Positions 7,910-17,822 of a DNA stretch of 64,000 bases are shown here, one piece after another. Below the pieces are notes generated by a model that worked only from the letters and a program-made list of their open reading frames with translations, made no database searches and had not been told where the DNA came from. The stretch lies in the NCBI GenBank assembly GCA_963733645.1, contig CAVTFP010000015.1, positions 58,375 through 122,374 of the forward strand, read 5' to 3'. Origin of the DNA: an uncultured Alphaproteobacteria bacterium. GTDB lineage: Bacteria; Pseudomonadota; Alphaproteobacteria; Rhizobiales; Xanthobacteraceae. How positions within the stretch are numbered: the first letter of the stretch is position 1; each line of letters opens with the position of its first letter. A program made the translations under genes and the position numbers.

Positions 7910-9807
7910 ACTTTCCGGGTGCGCTGGTCGGCGACGGAGTAGGCCGGATGCCATTCCGACACCGCGCCAATGCCTTCGCGCTTGATATGGATATCGAGCA
8001 GATAGGGCCGGCCCTCTACCGTCGCCGTTTTGGCGCGCGCTAGCGCCTCTTTGATCGCGCCCGGTTCCTTGACTGTTTCGCCTTCGACACCGAACGCGCC
8101 GGCGGCTTTGGCAAAATCAACGTCGGGATCGCCGTTGTAACAGGTCATATCGCGGGCGGTTTCGAATTGCCGGCCGGCGGAATTCCAGATGCGATTACGT
8201 TCGTTATTGTAGCTGTGATTGTTGAGTACGATCACGGTTACCGGCGCCTTGTAGCGCGCCATGCTCCACAATGGCTGCGGGCCCGAGAACAAGAAGCTGC
8301 CGTCGCCGACGACGGAGACCACCGGCAAGTCGGGTCGCGCCAGTTTGACACCGAACCCGGCCGCCATGCCCCAGCCCAGCACGTTGGGACTGGTACTGAA
8401 ATATGGCTTGTCGTTGCCGCCGAAGCTCATCAGCGGATCCATGGTCTTGCCGGAGTCGGCATCGGTGACGTAGCAGGTGTCGCGGTCGAGGTTAGCTTCG
8501 AGTTCCGTCCCAAGCCGCTCCAGGCTGATCGGCGACGAATCCAAAAGCCCGTTCGCGATGGCGAGCCGTGCATCCGCCATCTGCGCAGAATAGGCGCGGC
8601 TGCGGGAAGCGCGCTCGTCGGCGATCGAAGCCAGGCGCGCCGCGGGCGCCATGGAGCGGATCGCGGCGTTGAGATCGGCGATAGCGAGGCGAAGGTCGGC
8701 GACGATCGGCACATCGACCGGTGCACCGCGAGCAAGACTGGTCGGATCGAGTTGGATCGATATCAGCTTGGTGCCTGGAGAACCCAGCTCGCCGAAACGG
8801 TTGCCGAGATTGAGCAGCACGTCGGGCTTGCCGGGATAGCGCATCGTGCGCAGCAGTGTGCCGATATAGAGCTGATGCCGGGTCGGGAACGGTTTCGACC
8901 AGTAGCCGAGACCGCCCGTGATGCTGGCGACCGGCGCGCCGAGCAATTCGGCAAGCTCAAGCAGCTCTTTCTCGCCACGGCATGAGGTGATCTCATCACC
9001 GACGCTGATAAGCGGGTTCTTCGCTTCGATCAGCATACGTGCCGCTTTCTCAATATCGTCCTTATCGGGACGAATGCGCATCGGCACGTCGAATTTGCTG
9101 CGCTCCCATACCTGCGACTTGGCATGCCCCTCGAGGGTGTTGGTCGGCATTGACAGAAACACCGGCCCGCCCGGTGGCGTCGAAGCAAATTTCAGCGCGC
9201 GACGTGTGGTTTCGGCGATTGCCGCTGTCGATTGGTTCTGCCAAAACCATTTTGTGATGGGTTGCGTCATCAGTTCCGGATGATCGGTTTCCTGGAGTTG
9301 GTCACGCCCGAGCCCGTCCTGATCGACTGAAGCGACCGCGACCAAAAGCGGGACCTGGTCCTTCCAGCTATTGACCATCTGCGTCATGGCGTTGGGCAGG
9401 CCAATATTAGCAACGACGACAACACCGGTGCGGCCGGAGGCGCGGGCATAGCCGTCAGCCATTGCGACAACGGCGCCTTCCTGAACGCCTTTGATGAGCG
9501 TAATTTCGGGGACGTCGACCAGCGCGTCGAAGATCGGATGGTCGCCTGTCGATGGATTGAAGAAAATATATTCGACGCCGGCCGACTTAAGCTGTTCGAC
9601 AAAGATCTTGCCGCCATTGCCCTCAACATCGCGGATAGCCGTTGGCGAGTTTGTCGCACTCGGTGTGGCGGCTCCCTGACCCAACGGGCTCAGGTTCTGC
9701 GCCACGGCTTTCGCCGCGACCGAGCTCATGCCGAGCGCGCTCAGGCCGGAGACGAGCTGCCGCCGTGACATCCCATGATCGATGTACTGCTTGATCAGAT
9801 CCTTCAT
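7906..9807 (-). CDS. Tat-signal-bearing thiamine-diphosphate-dependent enzyme (ALS/POX-like three-domain architecture)
   Basis: Twin-arginine signal MSRRQLVSGLSALGMSSVAAKAVA. ThDP motif GDGSFLFSGPQPLWSMARYKAPVTVIVLNNHSYNNE. Strong RBS GGGAGGA upstream of the ATG at 9807. Confidence 0.85.
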   Translation of the reverse strand: MKDLIKQYIDHGMSRRQLVSGLSALGMSSVAAKAVAQNLSPLGQGAATPSATNSPTAIRDVEGNGGKIFVEQLKSAGVEYIFFNPSTGDHPIFDALVDVPEITLIKGVQEGAVVAMADGYARASGRTGVVVVANIGLPNAMTQMVNSWKDQVPLLVAVASVDQDGLGRDQLQETDHPELMTQPITKWFWQNQSTAAIAETTRRALKFASTPPGGPVFLSMPTNTLEGHAKSQVWERSKFDVPMRIRPDKDDIEKAARMLIEAKNPLISVGDEITSCRGEKELLELAELLGAPVASITGGLGYWSKPFPTRHQLYIGTLLRTMRYPGKPDVLLNLGNRFGELGSPGTKLISIQLDPTSLARGAPVDVPIVADLRLAIADLNAAIRSMAPAARLASIADERASRSRAYSAQMADARLAIANGLLDSSPISLERLGTELEANLDRDTCYVTDADSGKTMDPLMSFGGNDKPYFSTSPNVLGWGMAAGFGVKLARPDLPVVSVVGDGSFLFSGPQPLWSMARYKAPVTVIVLNNHSYNNERNRIWNSAGRQFETARDMTCYNGDPDVDFAKAAGAFGVEGETVKEPGAIKEALARAKTATVEGRPYLLDIHIKREGIGAVSEWHPAYSVADQRTRKV

Positions 9808-9953
9808 GGAATCCTCCCTTAACTAAGGCCGAAACGACAGGTCATCGCCTTATTGGCGTATGTTACAATAACCCTATCACCGGGCGGACCGCGGCCAAAG
9901 AGCAAGGAGGACGCGCAGCCTTAGACATCAGTGCCAGTTTCGATTGGCGGCCC

Positions 9954-9975
9954 GGAAATTGCATGGAAATTGCAT
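9954..9975. repeat. Perfect tandem direct repeat 2 x 11 bp (ggaaattgcat) upstream of the transglutaminase operon
   Basis: Read directly: ggaaattgcat at 9954-9964 and 9965-9975, 37 bp upstream of the ATG at 10012. Confidence 0.6.
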
Positions 9976-10011
9976 ATTTCTTGGGCAAATGCAGGCGTAA
10001 AGCGTAACAGC

Positions 10012-13000
10012 ATGTCGATCCTGGTTGGGCTCCATCACGCTACCCGCTACAGCTATGACAAGCCGATTAGCCTGGGACCGCAGATTGTGCGGCTTCGGCC
10101 GGCGCCGCATTGCCGCACGCGCATCCCGAGCTATTCGCTCACGGTCACTCCGGCGCAGCATTTTGTGAACTGGCAGCAGGACCCGCACGGCAATTGGCTG
10201 GCGCGCTTCGTGTTTCCGGAAAAGACGACCGAATTCTCCATCACCGTCGATCTTCTCGCCGACCTCGAAGTCATCAACCCATTCGATTTTTTCGTCGAGC
10301 CTTACGCCGACAAATGGCCGTTTAAATTTCCGGTGGAACTCCACGAAGACCTCGTCGCCTATGTCGAGCCGGAGCCGGCCGGGCCGCGCCTGAAAGATTT
10401 CATTGCCACGATTCCGCGAACGCATCGCAACACCGTCGACTTTCTCGTCGAGCTGAATCAGCGTGTGCATCAGGCGATCCGCTATCTCATTCGCATGGAA
10501 CCCGGCGTCCAGACGCCCGAGGAAACGCTGGAATCCGGTGCCGGCTCTTGCCGCGATTCGGCGTGGCTCCTGGTGCAGATTTTGCGCCGCATTGGACTGC
10601 CGGCGCGTTTCGTATCAGGCTATCTCATCCAGCTTCGCCCGGACGTGAAGCCGCTTGAGGGCGCAGCAGGCACCGATGTCGATTTCACCGACCTGCACGC
10701 CTGGGCCGAGGTCTATCTGCCGGGCGCAGGCTGGATCGGGCTCGATGCAACGTCCGGCCTCTTGTGCGGCGAGGGCCATCTGCCGCTGGCGGCGACGCCG
10801 CACTACCACTCCGCCGCGCCGCTCACCGGACTGGTCGAGCCGGCCGAGGTTTCATTCTCTTATGACATGAGCGTAAAGCGCCTCGCCGAACAGCCGCGCG
10901 TGACCGCGCCATTCTCCGAAGAAGCGTGGAAGGCTCTCGATACACTTGGCGAAAAGGTCGATGCCGATCTCGCGGCGCACGACGTGCGGCTGACCATGGG
11001 CGGCGAGCCGACCTTCGTTTCGATCGATGACTATCAAGGGGCAGAATGGAATACCGCCGCGCTTGGTCCGATGAAGCGCGTGCGCGCTGACGAGTTGATC
11101 CGCCGGTTGCGCGATCGCTTCGCGCCGGGAGGCCTGCTGCATTACAGCCAGGGCAAATGGTATCCGGGCGAGCCGCTTCCGCGCTGGGCCTTCGCGCTCT
11201 TTTGGCGCCGTGATGGCGTTCCGATCTGGCGCGACGAAAAGCTGATCGCGCGCGAGACCGAGACCTCGATGCCGTCAGCCCAGGATACGCGGCATTTCGC
11301 CGAAGGGATTGCGGCGCGCCTGGGAATCACGGCGGACTACGTACAGCCTGCTTACGAGGATCCGGCCGACCGAATGATCAAGCAAGGCCTGATCCCGGAG
11401 AACGTCGATACCGACGATCCCAAGGTCGACGATCCGCTTGAGCGGGCGCGCATCCTCAAATTGTTCGATAACCACGCCGGGCAGCCTGTCGGCTTTGTCT
11501 TGCCGCTGCAACGCTGGACCGCGCGGGCGAAGCCCGGGTGGCTGAGTGAAATCTGGCGCACGCGGCGCGACAAACTATTTTTGATCCCCGGCGATTCGGC
11601 GCTCGGCTATCGCTTGCCGCTGCAATCGTTGCCGCAAATTGCTCCGGTCGACTATCCGCATCTCGTGCCGGCCGATCCGTTCGCGGAACAGCGGCCGTTG
11701 CCAGATCCGCGGCTGACCCACTCTCTGACGGCCGTGTCCGGCGTACCCACTACAATCGAGGAAACGTCGCCGCCGCTTGCGCCCGAGACGCTCGTCATGC
11801 AAGGCGCGGCAAAGGGCAACGATACCGCGGTGCGCACGGCGCTGGCTGTCGAGGCGCGGGACGGACGGGTGTGCGTCTTCATGCCGCCGACCGAGACGCT
11901 CGGTGATTATCTCGAACTCCTGGCCACGATAGAGTTGACAGCGGCCGAACTCAATCTGCCGGTTCACGTCGAAGGTTATGCGCCGCCTCCCGATCCCCGG
12001 CTCAACGTGCTGAAGGTCACACCAGATCCCGGCGTGATCGAGGTCAACATCCAGCCGGCGACTTCGTGGCGCGAAGCGGTCACGATCACGAATGGCTGTT
12101 ACGAGGACGCGCATCATTCGCGGCTCGGCACCGACAAATTCATGCTCGATGGCCGCCACACCGGCACTGGCGGCGGCAATCACGTCGTACTCGGCGGCTT
12201 GAAACCTGCCGACAGCCCGTTTCTTCGGCGGCCTGACTTGCTCAAGAGTCTCGTGCTCTACGCCCTGAGGCGGCCGTCGTTGTCCTATTTGTTTTCGGGA
12301 TTGTTCGTCGGGCCGACAAGCCAGGCGCCGCGCATCGACGAAGCGCGTCAAGATTTGCTCTACGAACTCGAAATCGCCGTCAGTAAGGTGCCGGCCCCAG
12401 GCGGTACCGGCTGGGTGCCGCCGTGGCTGGTCGATCGCCTGTTCCGCAACATCCTGGCCGATGTCACCGGCAACACCCACCGTACCGAGATTTGCATCGA
12501 CAAACTGTTCTCGCCCGATGGCCCGACCGGGCGGTTAGGCCTCGTCGAATTCCGCTCGTTCGAAATGCCGCCGGATGCGCGCATGAGCCTCGCACAGCAG
12601 CTTTTACTGCGCGCGCTTATCGCATGGTTCTGGCGCGCGCCGCTTGACGGCAAGCCGGTACGCTGGGGCACGGCGCTGCATGACCGAATTCATGCTCGAA
12701 CATTTCGTCTGGGAGGATTTCCTCGACGTCCTGGACGATCTCAAGCGCGCCGGTTACGTCTTCGATCCGGCCTGGTTCGAGGCGCAGCGGCAATTCCGCT
12801 TCCCGTTTTGCGGCAAGGTTCACCATGGCGGTGTCGCGCTTGAATTGCGCCAGGCGATCGAGCCTTGGTACGTGCTCGGCGAGGAAGGTGTTCCCGGCGG
12901 CACGGTGCGATTTGTCGATTCTTCGGTCGAGCGCCTGCAGGTCAAGGTCGACGGCTTGAACGAAAACCGTCATGTCGTGACGTGCAACGGCCGGCGGCTG

Positions 13001-13345
13001 CCGCTGACGTCCACCGGCCGATCCGGTGAATTTGTCGCCGGCGTCCGCTTTAAAGCCTGGGGCTTGCCGGCGTCGCTACATCCGACAGTCGGCGTTCATG
13101 CGCCGCTGACATTCGACATCGTCGATAGTTGGAGCCGGCGTTCGCTGGGCGGCTGTGTCTATCATGTGGCGCACCCCGGCGGCCGCAACTACGAGACCTT
13201 CCCGGTCAATTCGTACGAGGCGGAAGCGCGCCGGCGGGCCCGTTTCGAGGACATCGGTCATTCCGGTGGCCCGATCGACCCGCCCCCGTATGAACGCTCG
13301 CTGGAATATCCGGTCACGCTTGATCTGCGCCGTCCGATTTCATAA
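10012..13345 (+). pseudogene. Large transglutaminase-family protein (Bact_transglu_N + transglutaminase core + DUF2126-like C-terminal region), split by a +1 frame break near 12688
   Basis: [33 protein letters not shown] start. Cys-His-Asp core [10 protein letters not shown] / DLHAWAEVY / GLDATSG. ORF 9931..12843 (frame 1) continues seamlessly in ORF 12644..13345 (frame 2): ...RWGTALHDR|[11 protein letters not shown]... Length 3334 nt is 3n+1. Confidence 0.8.
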
Positions 13346-13351
13346 TTCGCC

Positions 13352-15856
13352 ATGTCAGCGCAACGCGACACCGCTGTCGAACAACAAGACGCCGGCCTGG
13401 AACAGTTCATTTCAGGCTATCGGCTGCTTCCCGGCATTTTCGATGAAATGATGGACGGCGATGGCCGCGTGCGCGCGCACTGGCGGCCGTTCCTGTCGAT
13501 GCTCGCCGCGCTCGGCAGTGACGAGATCAATCGCCGGTTTGCTGCGGCTGACAGATATCTGCGCGACTCCGGTGTGTTCTATCGCGTTTACGAGGACCCC
13601 GCTGGAATCGAACGGCCGTGGCCGCTCAGCCATGTTCCGCTCATCATCGAAGCAACCGAATGGACGCAACTGCAAGCCGGCCTCAACCAGCGCGCGGAGT
13701 TGCTCGAAGCGGTCCTGGCGGATGCGTATGGTCCGGCATCTCTCACAGGGGACGGCCGCCTGCCTGCGGCGCTGGTCGCCGGCAATCCGGAATTTTTGCG
13801 CCCGCTGGTCGGTGTCGCGCCACCCGGTGGTTCGCATTTGCGCTTCTATGCCGTCGATGTCGGGCGCGGAGCCGACGGCCGGTGGTGGGTGCTCAACGAT
13901 CGCGCGCAGGCACCGTCCGGCGCCGGCTACGCGATCGAAAACCGCCTCGCGCTGTCGCGCGCCATCCCCGACATTTATCGCACCACCCGCGTCGAGCGCG
14001 TCGCGCCGTTCTTCCAGGCCTTCCAGGCCGAACTCGTTTCGCTCAACAAGCAGGACGATGCGCGCACCTGCCTGCTCACGCCAGGGCCGATGAACGAGAC
14101 TTATTTCGAGCATGCTTATCTCGCGCGCTATCTCGGCCTGCTTTTGGTCGACGGTGAAGATTTGATCGTACGCGATGACGGCGTCTTTATCCGAACCGTG
14201 TCCGGCTTGCGGCGCACCGAAGCGATCCTGCGCCGCATCGACGCCGACTTCGCCGATCCGCTCGAACTCAATGCCGCGTCACGTCTCGGCGTCGCCGGAC
14301 TGCTGCAGGCCGTGCGCGACGACAAGATCGTGATCGTCAATTCGCTCGGCGCGGGACTGGTGGAGGCGCGCGCGATGCTGGCATTCCTGCCGGCGCTGGC
14401 GCCGGCCGTGCTCGGTGCCGAACTGATGATACCGAATATCGCGACGTGGTGGCTCGGCCGCGCCGACATGCGCGAAGAGATGATCGAGAATTTCGCAAGC
14501 ATGGTCATAGCGCCTGCCTTCACGGAGTCCTTTGCCGATGGACGCCTGGGCAATGAAATCTTGGGCGCCAAACTCGATGACGCGCAACGCGAAAAGCTCG
14601 TTGGCGCGATCCGTGATCGCGGTGTCGATTATGTGGCGCAGGAAGCGGTGACGCTGTCGAGTATGCCGGTTTGGCGCGACGGCCGATTAAGCCCGTTGCC
14701 GTTCACGCTGCGGCTGTTCTTGGCCAAGGTCGGCGAACGCTGGCAAGTCATGCCCGGCGGCTTCGTGCGTATCGCCGAGAACCCCGATGCGCGTGCGGTG
14801 AGTTTGCAGCGTGGCGCCGCGACGGCCGACGCGTGGGTCTTGACCCACGGCCCGGTCGGCGAAACGACGCTGTTGCCGACACCAGAACGGATTCAGGTTC
14901 AACGCGCCAGCGGGCTGCTGCCGAGCCGCGCCGCGGATAATCTGTTTTGGGTCGGACGCTACGTCGAGCGCGCCGAGGCGACGCTGAGGCTGGTGCGCGC
15001 CATGATCAATCGCAGTGCCGATGCCGACGATGCATCCGCGCTGGTTATCGCCAGCATCCGCGGGCTACTCGTCGCCTGGAATGCGATCGCCAGTGACGCA
15101 CCAGAAGGAGCGGCGGCTTTCACCGCGCGTATCGTTCTCACGCGTGCCGATCCGGAGGGCTCGATGCCGTTTTTGACCCGCGCAGCGCGCGCGGCGGCCT
15201 CGGTGATTCGCGATCGTTTCTCGCCGGATGCCTGGCGGGCCATCAACGATCTTGCCACTATGATCGCCACGCCGCTGCCGATGGGTCCCTCCGAAAGCGT
15301 CATCGCCGAGCGGGTCGAAGCGGCGCTGCGCATCATTTCGTCGTTGTCGGGTTTGGCTCAGGAGAACATGACCCAGCTTGCCGGCTGGCGCTTTCTCGAA
15401 CTTGGTCGGCGGATCGAGCGCGCACTCCTGACCTGCCGCCTCGCCCGCACCTTCGCGGAAAGGGATGCGCCGGACGGCGGTCTGGACGTGCTTCTGGAAT
15501 TGGCCGACAGCCAGATAAGTTATAGGCAACGCTATGTGATGATCGCGGCGCTGGCGCCGGTGATCGACCTCGTCTTGCTCGACCCCAACAATCCGCGGTC
15601 GGTCATATTTCAACTCGACCGCATCGAGACTCATCTCGGCGCCTTGCCGAAGCGGAACTCCACCGGCCGGCTGTCTCCGGTGCAGCAGATTGCGGCCTCA
15701 ATCGCGACCGGGCTGCGCACCGCCGATGCCGGAAAAGTCACCGACACTTTGATCATGGACATCGAGCAGTCGTTGATGAAGTTGTCTGACGCCATCAGTG
15801 CTGCCTATCTCACCAGCAACGAGCGGTCCGATTCGGTATGGGAGGCGCTTGCTTGA
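13352..15856 (+). CDS. Circularly permuted type-2 ATP-grasp protein fused to an alpha-E domain
   Basis: N-half FDEMMDGDGRVRAHW...RPWPLSHVPLII...VLNDRAQAPSGAGYAIENR. C-half alpha-E signature AADNLFWVGRYVERAEATLRL. Lies 6 nt after the preceding stop. Confidence 0.85.
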   Translation: MSAQRDTAVEQQDAGLEQFISGYRLLPGIFDEMMDGDGRVRAHWRPFLSMLAALGSDEINRRFAAADRYLRDSGVFYRVYEDPAGIERPWPLSHVPLIIEATEWTQLQAGLNQRAELLEAVLADAYGPASLTGDGRLPAALVAGNPEFLRPLVGVAPPGGSHLRFYAVDVGRGADGRWWVLNDRAQAPSGAGYAIENRLALSRAIPDIYRTTRVERVAPFFQAFQAELVSLNKQDDARTCLLTPGPMNETYFEHAYLARYLGLLLVDGEDLIVRDDGVFIRTVSGLRRTEAILRRIDADFADPLELNAASRLGVAGLLQAVRDDKIVIVNSLGAGLVEARAMLAFLPALAPAVLGAELMIPNIATWWLGRADMREEMIENFASMVIAPAFTESFADGRLGNEILGAKLDDAQREKLVGAIRDRGVDYVAQEAVTLSSMPVWRDGRLSPLPFTLRLFLAKVGERWQVMPGGFVRIAENPDARAVSLQRGAATADAWVLTHGPVGETTLLPTPERIQVQRASGLLPSRAADNLFWVGRYVERAEATLRLVRAMINRSADADDASALVIASIRGLLVAWNAIASDAPEGAAAFTARIVLTRADPEGSMPFLTRAARAAASVIRDRFSPDAWRAINDLATMIATPLPMGPSESVIAERVEAALRIISSLSGLAQENMTQLAGWRFLELGRRIERALLTCRLARTFAERDAPDGGLDVLLELADSQISYRQRYVMIAALAPVIDLVLLDPNNPRSVIFQLDRIETHLGALPKRNSTGRLSPVQQIAASIATGLRTADAGKVTDTLIMDIEQSLMKLSDAISAAYLTSNERSDSVWEALA

Positions 15857-16731
15857 TCTACGACGTGCGGCAGACGACGACTTGCGGTTACGCGTCACCA
15901 GTCGCGCATGCACGCCATGTTTTGCGCCTGACGCCGGTGCCGCGCGAGGGTCAGCGCGTACATGTCGCGGCTCTGCAGATCATGCCCGAGCCGAAATATC
16001 GGCGCGAAGGCCAGGATTTTTTCGGCAATCGGCTAACCTGGATCGAGATCGAGGAGCCGCACGACATGCTAACCGTCAAGCTGGCGGCTCGGGTTGCGGT
16101 GGACGCTCCCGTCGAGCCGGCACCGTTGTCGACGCCGCTGTGGGAAAAAGTCCGCGAAGAAGCGTTTGCGATCAGCGACATCGGACCGCTGTCGCCGGCG
16201 CATTTTCTGTTTCCGAGTCGCATGGTGTCGCTCGATCCCGAGATCCGCGACTATACGCGTGTGAGTTTTAAGCCCGGCCGGCCAATTCTCGATGCCGCCA
16301 TCGAGATTATAGGCCGGCTCAAGGCCGACATCGTCTACGAAATCGGCGCGACTACGGTCACCACCATGCCGCCAATGTCGTTTGCGCTGCGCCGCGGCGT
16401 TTGCCAGGACTTCGCGCACATAATGATCTCCGGGTTGCGCGGTATTGGCCTGCCCGCGGCCTATGTGAGCGGCTTTTTGCGCTCCGCGCCGGCAACCGAC
16501 GCAACTCGGCTGCAGGGCAGCGAAGCCATGCATGCCTGGGTCATGCTGTGGTGTGGCGCAACGCTCGGCTGGATTGGGCTCGATCCCACCAACGCCGTGC
16601 TCGCCCAGGAAGAGCACGTCATGCTGGCAGTCGGCCGTGACTATACTGATGTCGCTCCCGTGGATGGTGTTATTCTGGGGTCAGGCGGCCAGCGCATGGG
16701 CGTGTCCGTGAGCGTAACGCCGGCGGCGTGA
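15838..16731 (+). CDS. Transglutaminase-like cysteine peptidase family protein
   Basis: Core GVCQDFAHIMISGL...HAWVMLW...GLDPTN. Alternative TTG start at 15853 (LIYDVRQTTT...) overlaps the upstream stop (TTGA). Confidence 0.85.
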   Translation: MGGACLIYDVRQTTTCGYASPVAHARHVLRLTPVPREGQRVHVAALQIMPEPKYRREGQDFFGNRLTWIEIEEPHDMLTVKLAARVAVDAPVEPAPLSTPLWEKVREEAFAISDIGPLSPAHFLFPSRMVSLDPEIRDYTRVSFKPGRPILDAAIEIIGRLKADIVYEIGATTVTTMPPMSFALRRGVCQDFAHIMISGLRGIGLPAAYVSGFLRSAPATDATRLQGSEAMHAWVMLWCGATLGWIGLDPTNAVLAQEEHVMLAVGRDYTDVAPVDGVILGSGGQRMGVSVSVTPAA

Positions 16732-16778
16732 TCGCGCGCCGGTATCGGTCAACTCAAAAATCCTCGGGAGGAATCCGA

Positions 16779-17795
16779 ATGCGTGCCTATCAATTGCCAA
16801 AGGGCGGCGCCGGCATCGAAGCACTTGCTCGTGTCGATCTGCCTGAACCGAAGCCGCAGCATCGCCAGGTTGTGGTCAAGGTCGGCGCGTGTTCGCTGAA
16901 TTTTCGAGACCTCGGAATTGTCCGTGGCACCTATCGCATGCCGGTGCGCGACAAGATTGTTCCGCTATCCGACGGCGCCGGCGAAGTCGTCGAGGTTGGC
17001 GGCGGCGTCACCCGTGTCAAAGCCGGCGACAAGGTCGCGGGCTGCTTCTTCCAGCGCTGGCCGGGCGGCGAGCCGAGCCAGAATGTTCAGGCCAGCGCGC
17101 TAGGCGGCAGCATCGACGGCATGCTCGCCGAATATGCAATCCTGGAGGAGGACGGCGTCGTCAAAATTCCGGCTCATCTTTCGGTCGAGGAGGGCGCGAC
17201 GCTGCCGTGCGCCGCACTGACGGCGTGGCACGCCATGGTACAGCACGCCAAGTTGATAGCGGGACAGACGGTATTGCTGCAAGGCACCGGCGGTGTCTCG
17301 ATCTTCGGACTGCAGTTCGCGCACGCGATGGGCGTTATCGCCGTCATCACGTCGTCGAGCGATGAAAAGCTCAAGCGCGCCACGACGCTCGGCGCCGCAC
17401 ATGCCATAAATTACAAAACCGCGCCGGACTGGGAGAAGGCCACAGTCGCGTTCACCGGCGGCCGCGGCGTCGATCACGTTGTTGAGGTGGGTGGCGCTGG
17501 AACATTGGCACGCTCGTTCGGCGCAATCCGCATCGGCGGCAAGATCAGCATGATCGGCGGCTTGAGCGGGGCGGCGACCGAGCTCAATCCAGGATTGATC
17601 CTCGGCAGACGCGCCAACGTGCAGGGCATCTCGGTCGGCTCGACTGAGATGTTCGAGGCGATGAATGCCGCCATCGCAGCGAACAAGATCAAGCCCGTGA
17701 TCGACCGCGTGTTCGGTTTTGACGAGGTGCAATCCGCCTACAAGCACATGGCTTCCGGCGCCCACTTCGGCAAGATTGTCATTCGTGTCGGCTAA
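16779..17795 (+). CDS. NAD(P)-dependent medium-chain dehydrogenase/reductase (zinc-type alcohol dehydrogenase / quinone oxidoreductase family)
   Basis: MRAYQLPKGG... start with RBS GGGAGG at 16766-16771. Nucleotide-binding LLQGTGGVSIFGLQFA. Confidence 0.85.
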   Translation: MRAYQLPKGGAGIEALARVDLPEPKPQHRQVVVKVGACSLNFRDLGIVRGTYRMPVRDKIVPLSDGAGEVVEVGGGVTRVKAGDKVAGCFFQRWPGGEPSQNVQASALGGSIDGMLAEYAILEEDGVVKIPAHLSVEEGATLPCAALTAWHAMVQHAKLIAGQTVLLQGTGGVSIFGLQFAHAMGVIAVITSSSDEKLKRATTLGAAHAINYKTAPDWEKATVAFTGGRGVDHVVEVGGAGTLARSFGAIRIGGKISMIGGLSGAATELNPGLILGRRANVQGISVGSTEMFEAMNAAIAANKIKPVIDRVFGFDEVQSAYKHMASGAHFGKIVIRVG

Positions 17796-17822
17796 GCGCG
17801 CCGCAAGCGCGGATGCATCGCT

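Noticed and set aside
9931-10011. GTG start at 9931 giving a 27-residue N-terminal extension of the large transglutaminase protein
   Set aside because: Family members begin at the MS(I/V)...L.H.T.Y.Y motif, which coincides with the ATG at 10012. The AAGGAGG at 9903-9909 is about 21 nt from the GTG, which is too far. The extension also contains the 11-bp tandem repeat and looks non-coding.
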